DNA of 17,659 nt from Planctomycetota bacterium (GTDB lineage Bacteria; Planctomycetota; UBA1135; UBA2386), in assembly GCA_947501605.1 (NCBI GenBank), contig CANMWZ010000054.1:1-17659 (forward strand), written 5' to 3'. The notes under the pieces are model-generated. The model was not told the DNA's origin. It made no database searches and saw only the letters and a list, made by a program, of their open reading frames with translations. Both the position numbers and the translations under genes were made by a program. This document shows positions 1-8,151 of this stretch, piece by piece. Position 1 is the first letter of the stretch, and each line of letters starts with the position of its first letter.

Positions 1-87
1 TCGCCTGCGAGCTGTGGACGCTACGGTGCGCGCATCGATGCCGTCGCGCTTGACGAGCTGGCCATCGCGCCGCGGCGGGCCAAGTAG
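1..87 (+). CDS. Possible 3' end of a gene entering from the left edge (...RYGARIDAVALDELAIAPRRAK*)
   Basis: Frame 1 is open from base 1 to TAG at 85-87 with mostly G/C third positions. It is too short to assign. Confidence 0.3.
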   Translation, partial: SPASCGRYGARIDAVALDELAIAPRRAK

Positions 88-496
88 TCGTGGCCAAGTC
101 CGATTTCACGAATGGCGCCCGGCTCGATTGCCGTGGCTCAGACTCCTAGCCGGATGTCTACGCCTCACCGGTTGGTGGACCCTTGCAGCTGTGTTCACCA
201 TGGTGGCGCGCAGGTCTCACAGGCGATGGGTGGTGGCGGATCCTTCGCCTAGTTGGTTTCGAGGCCTTCCGTTGTTGCTAGGCGGCGGCATCGCTGCAGC
301 AAGCGCCGCCGGAGTTGCGTGGTTCATCATGGAGCGGCCCTTCATGTGACCCGCCAGGGCAGGCTACGATGGCGGGTCAACTACACGCAGCAGCTGACGA
401 GCCGCGACCAACCAAGCCGCGAGACCAATCCCCTCGCACGCGGCTCGCAACTGAGCGTGAGAGACGTTGCCCGGCATGTCCCCGGATCCTCGAAGC

Positions 497-1318
497 ATGA
501 GTCACCAAGAGTGGGTCTCGACATCCCTGCCGCGCCGGGTCCTGGCACTCCGCATGTGGACCGTGGACGATCTGCAACTCCCCACACTCAGAGCACCATT
601 CGGCGTGCTCCCCTTGGCCTTCGATCCTGCTCAGAGCCGAGCAGCCGTCGCGCGACTCAAAGCGGCTCTGGCCGATGCCGGTGCCGCTCCCGTCATGGGC
701 TTCGGCGGACCGGGGGCCGACCTTTGGGAGGAGGGCATCCTGTCGGCGATGGAATCCTCCCGTTCCCCGAAGCAGGCAATCGACTTCTACTTCGATGGAA
801 CCACGCTCGGGATGGGCGTCGGGGTCACCGACTTCGCCGTGCTCAGCCTCGACGGGGACGACTCGGATTGGCGAGAGGTGCTCGGGGCAACGCGCGACTT
901 CTTGGCGAGGCGCGTGGACTGGCGCCTGCACGCAGCAGCAGATGCAGGACGCGAGGACGAAGTGCGACAGGCGATCGCGGATGGTTGGCCCATCGACGAC
1001 TTCGACGACGACTTGGCGGAGACGCCGCTCCACATGGCTGCTCGCAACGGCCATATCACTATTCTCCGCATGCTGCTCGCAGCGGGAGCCGACGTGAACC
1101 GTCACTGTGTAGACCGCATCGGGGAGACGCCACTCTCTCTCGTCGCCGACTCGTGTTCTCCTGAGGTGGCGAGCCTGCTCATCGGTGCCGGCGCGGATCC
1201 GACCATTCGAGGTTGGATGGGGTTGAACGCGATCGACCGTGCCGCGCGGCGCACCGACGAGGCTGGCAGCGTGGTCTTGGCGCTACTCGAGAAACGCGCG
1301 TCGCGCCCGGGTCCGTGA
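497..1318 (+). CDS. Ankyrin-repeat protein with an N-terminal domain of unknown function
   Basis: ANK motifs LHAAADAG, ETPLHMAARNGH..ILRMLLAAGADVN, GETPLSLVA..LLIGAGADP and GLNAIDRA. ATG 497 is preferred; the ORF track starts at 467. Confidence 0.85.
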   Translation: MSHQEWVSTSLPRRVLALRMWTVDDLQLPTLRAPFGVLPLAFDPAQSRAAVARLKAALADAGAAPVMGFGGPGADLWEEGILSAMESSRSPKQAIDFYFDGTTLGMGVGVTDFAVLSLDGDDSDWREVLGATRDFLARRVDWRLHAAADAGREDEVRQAIADGWPIDDFDDDLAETPLHMAARNGHITILRMLLAAGADVNRHCVDRIGETPLSLVADSCSPEVASLLIGAGADPTIRGWMGLNAIDRAARRTDEAGSVVLALLEKRASRPGP

Positions 1319-1567
1319 GCCCATCGTGTTCGGGCCTCTGCGATGCGGCCCGCCCAATCCCAGCGTCCTGACCCCGTCGGTCCAGTGCTCGATGCCCGGC
1401 ATCCGGTCATGCGACTCGGTCCGACCACGCAGAGCGAGTGTCCCCCATGTGCCCGGGTTGGAGCCATCGCCCCGATTCTCCCCGCCCGCCCCAGACCCCC
1501 TTTCGACTACTCTCCCGCCCGCCCCCGTTGACTCCTTCGGGCTGCGACCACGCGGCCTTCCCCACTC

Positions 1568-3784
1568 ATGCTGAAACGACTCCTCCCCCTGGCGTTCCTC
1601 GCAACACCAGTTCTCGCGCAGGCCAACGCCGTCCCCGGGCTCGACATCCGCATGTACGACCTGACGGACATCAACTTCAACGGCAGCCGCGGCACCGGTC
1701 CCAGCAGCGAAGCCGGCTTCTCGATCGGCCACTCCTGGTGCAACACCGGCACCGTCAACCTGCCGTGGCAGTCGCAGAGCGGCGGCGTCATGGTCGACCA
1801 GTATCCGCGCATCACCTTCCTGCTCGCGCGCGAGAACGGCGGCCGCTTCGTGCAGGTCTGCGGGCGCAGCTACTGCAAGCACTCGCCGACGGCGTTCAAT
1901 TTCTCGTCCGGCCCGTGCGCGCCGTGCACCGCGTCCGGCGGTGCGTTCTTCTATGTCGGTTGCTCGGACACCTATGGCAGCGGCATCAACGCGAGCCAGT
2001 TCTACCTCGGTCCGACCGAGGAGATCGATCCGTGGCTCGGCACCTGGCCGCCCGCCGGTAGCTACTTCGACCGCGGAGATCCCCCGGTCGCCGGCGCTGC
2101 CGCCGTCGACTCGGTCCGATCCCTGAACACCACCGGCTTCGACCAGGTCAAGAACCGCATCACCGTGCGCGAGAGCGAACTGCTCGCCGGCTCCAACTAC
2201 TACGCGCAGGTCTACGCGTGCGTTCAGGGCGAGCCGGGCACGGCGCGCGGCAACAACGCGGCCAGCCGTCGCGTGGCGATCTCCGGCGTGCCCGGCAATT
2301 GGGCCGCCTCGGCTACTGGGACCTCGAACATCGGCCCGATCGTCGCGCAATGGCCTGGTGCCACGTCGCACAGCGGCGGCAATGGCAACAATGACGGTCA
2401 GTTCGCGGTCGCGGTCAAGGTCACCGGCCCGGTCGCGGGTATGTGGCACTACGAGTACGCGGTCCAGAACCTCGACAACAACCGCGGCGGTGCCACCTTC
2501 CGCATCCCCGTCGCTCCGGGTGCTGTGGTGCAGAGCGCGGGCTTCCGCGATATCGACACCGACCCGCTCAATGACTGGACCTTCGCTCGCACGCCGAGCG
2601 AAATCGCGTTCAGCGCCAGCGGCACGAACTCCCTCGACTGGAACACCATCTACAACTGCTGGTTCGACTGCTCGGTCGCGCCCGGCGCCGGATCGATGAC
2701 CATCGACCAGGCTCGGCCCGGCACAGGTGCCACCAACGTGCAGGTGCAGGCGGACTCGCCGAGCGGCCTGAGCTACGCCCAGAAGTTTGCCATCGGCGCT
2801 TCGTGCGGCACGTGCCAGGGGTCGTTCTACCAGCTGTTCCCGACCAGCGGTCTGTTCGACCTCGGCGGTCGGTCTATGACGTTGACCCCGTCGACCAACG
2901 CCTACACGGTGACGGGCTCGACAGTCGCGTTCGTGCCGGCGGCCGGGACCAATCTCGGTCTCACGTTCAACTCGCAGACGAACGTCACGCTTCCCTTCGC
3001 CCTCTCGTACCCCGGCGGCTCGACCACGTCGCTGCAGGTCAACCCCTGCGGTTACGTGACGGCACAGAACGCCCCGGTGCAGCTGCTGCCGACGGCGACT
3101 GCGCTGCTGCAGGGCGGACCGCGCTGGGCCGCGGCGTGGACGCTGCTGCAGCCGCAAGCGGGCAGTGCCAACGTCTGGTTCGATGCGACTCCGGCTCGCG
3201 CGATCCTCACCTGGAACGCGATGCCGATGATCGGCGGCACGAGCCCGAGCACGTTCCAACTGCAGTTCTTCCCCAACGGCGTGGTCCACGTCGTCTGGCA
3301 GAACGTTGCGACCTCGAGCTTCGCGGCGATGACGGGTTGGACCCCAGGTGGCGGCCATCGCGACCCCGGCTCGATCGACCTGTCGACCTCGCTGTCGTCG
3401 CCGCTCGTGCTGTGCGGTCCGTCGTTCGACGGTCTTTCGCTCGGGGCCGATGCCAATCCGGTGCTCGGCACGACGCTGAACTGGCAGATCGGTGGCATGC
3501 CAACGGGGACGACCGCTGGTCTGCTGTTCCGCTCGGTGCAGCAGGCGACGCCGCCGATCGACCTCACGTCGGCCGGCATGCCGGGGTGCTTCCAGTACCT
3601 CGTTGCGCCGGATGCGGCGTTCTTCACGACCTCGGGTGCGACGGCGCAGGTGCCGCAGTTCGTGCCCAACTCGGTCGCGCTGGTGGGCGTGTCGCTGGTC
3701 GGTCAATCGGCCATCTACTTGCCGCAGTTGACGCCGCTCGGGTTCGTTGCGTCGAACGGGTATGTGCTCACCGTCGGTCTCTGA
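1568..3784 (+). CDS. Large secreted multidomain protein (signal peptide, Cys-rich N-terminal domain, NIDO-like module, conserved CTD)
   Basis: 738-aa ORF with strong GC3 bias, Sec signal MLKRLLPLAFLATPVLA|Q, and a G/S/T/N-rich extracellular composition. Confidence 0.92.
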   Translation: MLKRLLPLAFLATPVLAQANAVPGLDIRMYDLTDINFNGSRGTGPSSEAGFSIGHSWCNTGTVNLPWQSQSGGVMVDQYPRITFLLARENGGRFVQVCGRSYCKHSPTAFNFSSGPCAPCTASGGAFFYVGCSDTYGSGINASQFYLGPTEEIDPWLGTWPPAGSYFDRGDPPVAGAAAVDSVRSLNTTGFDQVKNRITVRESELLAGSNYYAQVYACVQGEPGTARGNNAASRRVAISGVPGNWAASATGTSNIGPIVAQWPGATSHSGGNGNNDGQFAVAVKVTGPVAGMWHYEYAVQNLDNNRGGATFRIPVAPGAVVQSAGFRDIDTDPLNDWTFARTPSEIAFSASGTNSLDWNTIYNCWFDCSVAPGAGSMTIDQARPGTGATNVQVQADSPSGLSYAQKFAIGASCGTCQGSFYQLFPTSGLFDLGGRSMTLTPSTNAYTVTGSTVAFVPAAGTNLGLTFNSQTNVTLPFALSYPGGSTTSLQVNPCGYVTAQNAPVQLLPTATALLQGGPRWAAAWTLLQPQAGSANVWFDATPARAILTWNAMPMIGGTSPSTFQLQFFPNGVVHVVWQNVATSSFAAMTGWTPGGGHRDPGSIDLSTSLSSPLVLCGPSFDGLSLGADANPVLGTTLNWQIGGMPTGTTAGLLFRSVQQATPPIDLTSAGMPGCFQYLVAPDAAFFTTSGATAQVPQFVPNSVALVGVSLVGQSAIYLPQLTPLGFVASNGYVLTVGL

Positions 3785-3932
3785 GAAGGGACTGCGGTTG
3801 TGAGCCGCTGGCTGCGGGGCACGGACCTGCAGCCGGCGGGCACTTGGTCGATGCCGACGCGCGCCTCGTAGTCTCTACGGACACGAGGCTCATGAAACCG
3901 AGCTTGACGAACTTCCAAGAAGGAGCAGAGCC

Positions 3933-4271
3933 ATGGCCGCCCCCGCAGTGTTCGCGAGTCTGATCCCGCTCTTCGTCGTCGCCGCGATCCGGCGAGCCGA
4001 GGAACGCATTCATCGACAACTCGTCGAGGGGAAGGCGTTGGCGGCGGAGACTGCGATTTCGGTGACCCTCGGCCGTTCGTTCGACGCGAGACGTCTCCAA
4101 GCCTTGGTGGAAGGCGGGGCGGTACGAAGGACCGCGACTGGCCTGCACTTCCTCGATGCCGATGGGTGGAACGCGCATGAGAGCCGTCGCCGCCGCCGGG
4201 TAGTGATCGCACTGTGCGTCGTACTGGGGCTGATCGTCGTCGGCGCGGTGGTGTTCTTCACCACGCGGTGA
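3933..4271 (+). CDS. Small membrane protein, hypothetical
   Basis: AGGAG at 3921-3925 lies 7 nt before the ATG. The N-terminus is hydrophobic and a C-terminal TM helix follows RRRRR. Confidence 0.75.
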   Translation: MAAPAVFASLIPLFVVAAIRRAEERIHRQLVEGKALAAETAISVTLGRSFDARRLQALVEGGAVRRTATGLHFLDADGWNAHESRRRRRVVIALCVVLGLIVVGAVVFFTTR

Positions 4272-4376
4272 GTGCCCTTCTCGGCACACGATTCGACGCG
4301 CCGTGAAGCTCTGTCGTTCTGTTCGAGTCCACGAGCTTCGCCTCGTCGCGAAGCCGAGCTGGACCCCATCTCGAGC

Positions 4377-4835
4377 ATGACCAAAGCCCAACACCCCGAC
4401 TCCGCACCGCGCAGCTACGAAGCGCACGCAGCTTCGACTGCGATCTTCGGCCGAGTTGCAGCCGCCGTGCGCAGCCATCGTCTCACTGTCGACGGCCCGG
4501 TGCGCAATGGCGCGCCCGGCGAGGCGCCGACGCCGGGCGAACTCGTTCTGGTCGCGGTTGCGAGTTGCGCGGCCGAGGTGTTGCAGGTGCTCGCGCACGA
4601 TGGCGCGGTGCCCTTCGCCGGTGCGGCGGTGACGGCGCGCGGCGTCATCGATCTCGCAGCGCAGCCGCGGGCGGACGTCACGGTGTTCAGCTCGGTCGAG
4701 CTCGACATCGTGCTGCGCGGACCTTCGGCCGAACAGGCTGCGGGGCTCGTGGCGGGATTCCAGCGGCGGTGTCCGGTGTATGGGTCGCTGGCGGTCGCCA
4801 GCGGACGGATGGCCGTGCGGCACTGCGTGGAGTAG
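4377..4835 (+). CDS. OsmC/Ohr family protein
   Basis: DGP..G..PTPGEL..AVASC and RRCPVY supply the two family cysteines. ATG 4377 is in frame with ORF 4272..4835. Confidence 0.88.
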   Translation: MTKAQHPDSAPRSYEAHAASTAIFGRVAAAVRSHRLTVDGPVRNGAPGEAPTPGELVLVAVASCAAEVLQVLAHDGAVPFAGAAVTARGVIDLAAQPRADVTVFSSVELDIVLRGPSAEQAAGLVAGFQRRCPVYGSLAVASGRMAVRHCVE

Positions 4836-5127
4836 GACGAAGGGCTGCGCGAGGGTGGGCCGGCCGATCACGTCGTCCCGCTGATGGCGAGCGGCATACT
4901 CAGCCGGTCGTAGACCGACAGTCTCTTCGAGTTCCAGCTCTTCGTGTTCCAGATGCGAGCGGGTGGGGGTGCGGGGAGCACGAAGTAGTCGTCTAGGCTG
5001 CTGCCCTGCGAACGCGCACCCGACTGCTCGCAGAAGGCGACGGACTCGCGGCACGCGAGTGCCTTCGCGCCTTCCACGCTCGCTGTCGTGACGCCGCGCC
5101 ATTCCCCCGGCATCCTGCCTCTCCGCC

Positions 5128-6045
5128 ATGAACCTCCGCCTCACCGCCCTCCTCGCCGCCCTCGCCCTGCCGCTCTGCGCGCAGACCACACCGCCGCCCG
5201 CCGACCCCAAACCCCAGCGCGCGGTCCTCGTCACCGGCGCGAGCACCGGCATCGGCCGCAAGACCACCGAACTGCTCGCCCAGAACGGCTTCTTCGTCTA
5301 CGCCACCGCGCGCAAGGACGACGACCTGAAGGCCCTCGCCGCGATCGAGAACGTGCAGGCCGTTCGCCTCGACGTCACGAAGCAGGACCAGATCGACGCC
5401 GCCGTGAAGACCGTCGAAGAAGGCGGCCGCGGGCTGTTCGCGCTGATCAACAACGCCGGCGTAGCGGTGCTCGCGCCGCTGATCGAAGTGAGCGAGAAGG
5501 ACCTCGCGTTCCAGATGGACGCCAACGTCTACGGGCCCTACCGCATGACCAAGGCCTTCGCGGCGATGCTGATCGCGAGCAAGGGTCGCGTCATGACGAC
5601 GGGTTCGATCTCGGGCATCGTCACGTGGCCGATGGGTGGGCCGTACACGATGAGCAAGCACGCGGTCGAGGCCTTCACCGACTCGCTCGCAGCCGAGTTG
5701 CAGCCGTTCGGCGTGCAGGTCAGCGTCGTCGAGCCGGGCAACTACCGCTCCGAGATCATGGCCAACATGAAGGAGCGGCTCGCGCAGGGCGGCTACGGCG
5801 GTGAGGGCTCGCGCTATCAGAAGCAGCTCGATCGCCTGATGACGCAGCCGGAAGAGCGCGAGCAGTTCAAGGAGCCCGACGACGTCGCGGCTGCGTTCCT
5901 GTCGGCGTTGAACGACGAGACGCCGAAGCGCCGCTACCTGGTGGTGCCCAACCAGCGCGAGGCGGAGGTGACGATCCGCGCGGCGATCGCGCGCCGCCGA
6001 GAACTCAGAACAGCTTCATGTACATCCGCAGGCCGTTCGTGGTGA
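5128..6045 (+). CDS. Classical SDR oxidoreductase with an N-terminal signal peptide; the 3' end overlaps the convergent gene
   Basis: TGASTGIG, LDVT, NNAG and YTMSK (YxxxK) motifs; signal MNLRLTALLAALALPLCA|Q. Confidence 0.93.
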   Translation: MNLRLTALLAALALPLCAQTTPPPADPKPQRAVLVTGASTGIGRKTTELLAQNGFFVYATARKDDDLKALAAIENVQAVRLDVTKQDQIDAAVKTVEEGGRGLFALINNAGVAVLAPLIEVSEKDLAFQMDANVYGPYRMTKAFAAMLIASKGRVMTTGSISGIVTWPMGGPYTMSKHAVEAFTDSLAAELQPFGVQVSVVEPGNYRSEIMANMKERLAQGGYGGEGSRYQKQLDRLMTQPEEREQFKEPDDVAAAFLSALNDETPKRRYLVVPNQREAEVTIRAAIARRRELRTASCTSAGRSW

Positions 6046-7420
6046 CCCAGTCGTTGTTCACGTCGAGACCGACGGCTTGGCCGAAGACCGTCACGCCCGA
6101 GAAGAACGGATCGAGCGGGAACGTCAGCGGCAGCGTGTCGGTCGGCGCGCCGCCCGAGAAGTTGAGGAACGTGACGTCCAGCGTGGCTAGGTAGGCCGTG
6201 CACGTGAACGGCTGGATCGGCAGCGTGACGCCGCCGGGGAACTCGGAGAAGCCCAGCGCGTACACCGTGATCGGCATCGTCGGCAGCAGGTTGGCGGTGT
6301 TGAGATTGATCGTCGTGCCGAGCACCGGACGAGCCGAGGCCGCGAGCGACAGCGCCGGCGCGCCGCAGCCGACGCCGAAGGCCGTGGCGCGGGCCGGCTT
6401 GTCGATCGTTACGTTGAAGGCCTGGATGCCCTGGTTGCTGCTCATCGCGTAGAGCGTCGCGGTGTTGCCGCTGATCGCGGCCCACTGGACCGAACCGACG
6501 CCGTTGCTGTTGCCCGTCAGCACACCGCTCGTCAGGTTGCCCGAAGCAAGCGTCAGCGGCGCGCTCGGCACCGTGATGTCGTAGATCACGACGAGCGACG
6601 AGTTGGAGTCGATCACCGCGAGGCACGGCACGCCGTCGATCACGGCGTAGCTGAGCGGACGCTGCGCTGCCGACAGCGGGATCGTCGCGTCGACCGTGGC
6701 CGAGACGCCGAACGACGTGATGCGGCCGTTCGCGCCCTGGTTGCCGATGATCGTGTCCTGGTCGATGAACGTGATGCCCAGGCGGTAGTCGTTGCTCGTG
6801 GTGAGCGTGCCCGCGATACCGGTGTAGGCCGTGGCGAGGTTGGTCGGAACGGCGTCGAGTTGGCCGGTCAGGAACGAGCTGTTCAAGGGGCCCGAGGCAA
6901 CCGTGCCCGCCGCGGCGAAGCGGATCGGATTGCCGCCGCTGCCGCCCGTGATGGCGAACGAGTCACCCGTGCGGGCGATGACCGACGTGTTGTTGTAGGC
7001 GACCGTGGGCGCGGTGGTGAGGCCGAGCGCCTCGCTGTCCCACTTGTAGACCTTGAACGCCGTGGCGGCCGACGTGCTGAGGTTGGCCACGTAGATCGAG
7101 CCGTCGTCGGCGACGCCGGCCTGGTTGACCGCGAACGTGCCGCCCGTAATGCCCGTCGCCACGAGCGTGCCGAGGTCGGCACCGGTCAGGCCGTTGAGGA
7201 CCTTGATGTTGATGCCGCCCGTGCGGCTGACGAGCACGAGATTGCCCGTCACGGGGTTGTAGGCGAAGCCGCGCTCGTTGTTGGCCGAGCCGAGGTACGT
7301 CGCGCTACCGGGCGCGAGCCAACCGCCGACGCCGAAGGTCGCGAGCGGGGTCATCGTCGACTGCGCGAGCAGCGAGCTGGCGGCGACCATCGCCGCGAGC
7401 GGAAGAAGAAGCTTGTTCAT
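6005..7420 (-). CDS. Secreted beta-rich protein (DUF4623-like, probable beta-propeller) with conserved CTD
   Basis: ATG 7420 gives signal MNKLLLPLAAMVAASSLLA|Q. RGFAYNPVTGNLVLVSR..GTFAVN..VADDGSIYVANL resembles DUF4623 as I recall it. The extension to 7621 does not look protein-like. Confidence 0.88.
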   Translation of the reverse strand: MNKLLLPLAAMVAASSLLAQSTMTPLATFGVGGWLAPGSATYLGSANNERGFAYNPVTGNLVLVSRTGGINIKVLNGLTGADLGTLVATGITGGTFAVNQAGVADDGSIYVANLSTSAATAFKVYKWDSEALGLTTAPTVAYNNTSVIARTGDSFAITGGSGGNPIRFAAAGTVASGPLNSSFLTGQLDAVPTNLATAYTGIAGTLTTSNDYRLGITFIDQDTIIGNQGANGRITSFGVSATVDATIPLSAAQRPLSYAVIDGVPCLAVIDSNSSLVVIYDITVPSAPLTLASGNLTSGVLTGNSNGVGSVQWAAISGNTATLYAMSSNQGIQAFNVTIDKPARATAFGVGCGAPALSLAASARPVLGTTINLNTANLLPTMPITVYALGFSEFPGGVTLPIQPFTCTAYLATLDVTFLNFSGGAPTDTLPLTFPLDPFFSGVTVFGQAVGLDVNNDWVTTNGLRMYMKLF

Positions 7421-7473
7421 AGGGATCTGGAGTGCTGAGACGAAACGTGCGGGGAAGGGAGTCGCGGTCGCGC

Positions 7474-7497
7474 CGCGCGAACGCTGTCGTTCGCGCG
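7474..7497. other. Perfect 10-bp inverted repeat (hairpin) upstream of the DUF4623-like gene
   Basis: CGCGCGAACG-ctgt-CGTTCGCGCG. Confidence 0.6.
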
Positions 7498-7712
7498 ACT
7501 CGGATCGGGCTGCGACATCGCTGGGACGCCGCAGTCGAGCCGAACGGTGAGGTCGAGCGACGATGCCCGAGCCTTCTGACCACGCGGCGGGACGGTAACT
7601 GCCCCATGCGAACGCGTCCATGCCGTCCGGCGCACCCGGGGCGGCGTGTTGCCCGATCGGTCCATTACCGGCAGCAGTACGGCTCGACCCGCTGCGAGCA
7701 GCAGGTCGCGCT

Positions 7713-7990
7713 TCCGTCGACGCGGAGCGCGAGCCCGTAGGTGAACACGCAGCCGAGCGGGTTCGCCGTTGGTGCCGAGGCCGCGCCTTGCGCAGCGCAG
7801 GAATGACCGGGATCGGAGCCGTCTGCGACAGAGCCCTCGACGCACCGAACGGTCCCGAGATGACGATGGCGATACCGGTCTGGAGTCCGCACTCCGGTGC
7901 CCCGATCGCAGCCAGGTCGATGGGCAGCCTGCGATCCGCAGCATCAGGCCCAATGTGCCCACGAGTCGCAGGCGCATGGGCAGCCTGTTC
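7713..7990 (-). pseudogene. Frameshifted relic of a secreted-protein CTD
   Basis: The minus strand reads LPIDLAAIGAPECGLQT..PIPVIPAL, then in another frame QGAASAPTANPLGCVFTYGLALRVD. This is colinear with the C-terminus of 1568..3784. Confidence 0.65.
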
Positions 7991-8151
7991 GCTGTCGACG
8001 CCTTCGTGTTGGTACGTGCTGCGAAGCGCGTAGGGCCGCGCCGCTCGCGGGCGAGTGGCTCCGCGGCGAAACGGTGGACCCGCGCACGGCCTATGCGCTG
8101 TTGCTTCCTCGCGCGGGCGTTGGGGTCGGGAATGGCTAGGATCTCGCGGCC

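Noticed and set aside
14..349. 111-aa ORF with a hydrophobic C-terminus
   Set aside because: Weak codon bias, an R/S/P-rich N-terminus and no recognisable motif. It could be a small membrane gene or fragment, but I cannot support it.
1283..3706. 807-aa minus-strand ORF
   Set aside because: Arg-rich antisense shadow of the real 1568..3784 gene, typical of high-GC DNA.
4836..5113. In-frame continuation past the OsmC TAG (amber readthrough?) or an 81-aa minus-strand ORF
   Set aside because: Further stops follow, neither translation resembles a known protein, and other genes here end normally at TAG.
7421..7621. N-terminal extension of ORF 6005..7621
   Set aside because: The signal peptide begins at ATG 7420. 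The upstream translation is R/S-rich, not protein-like, and spans a hairpin.
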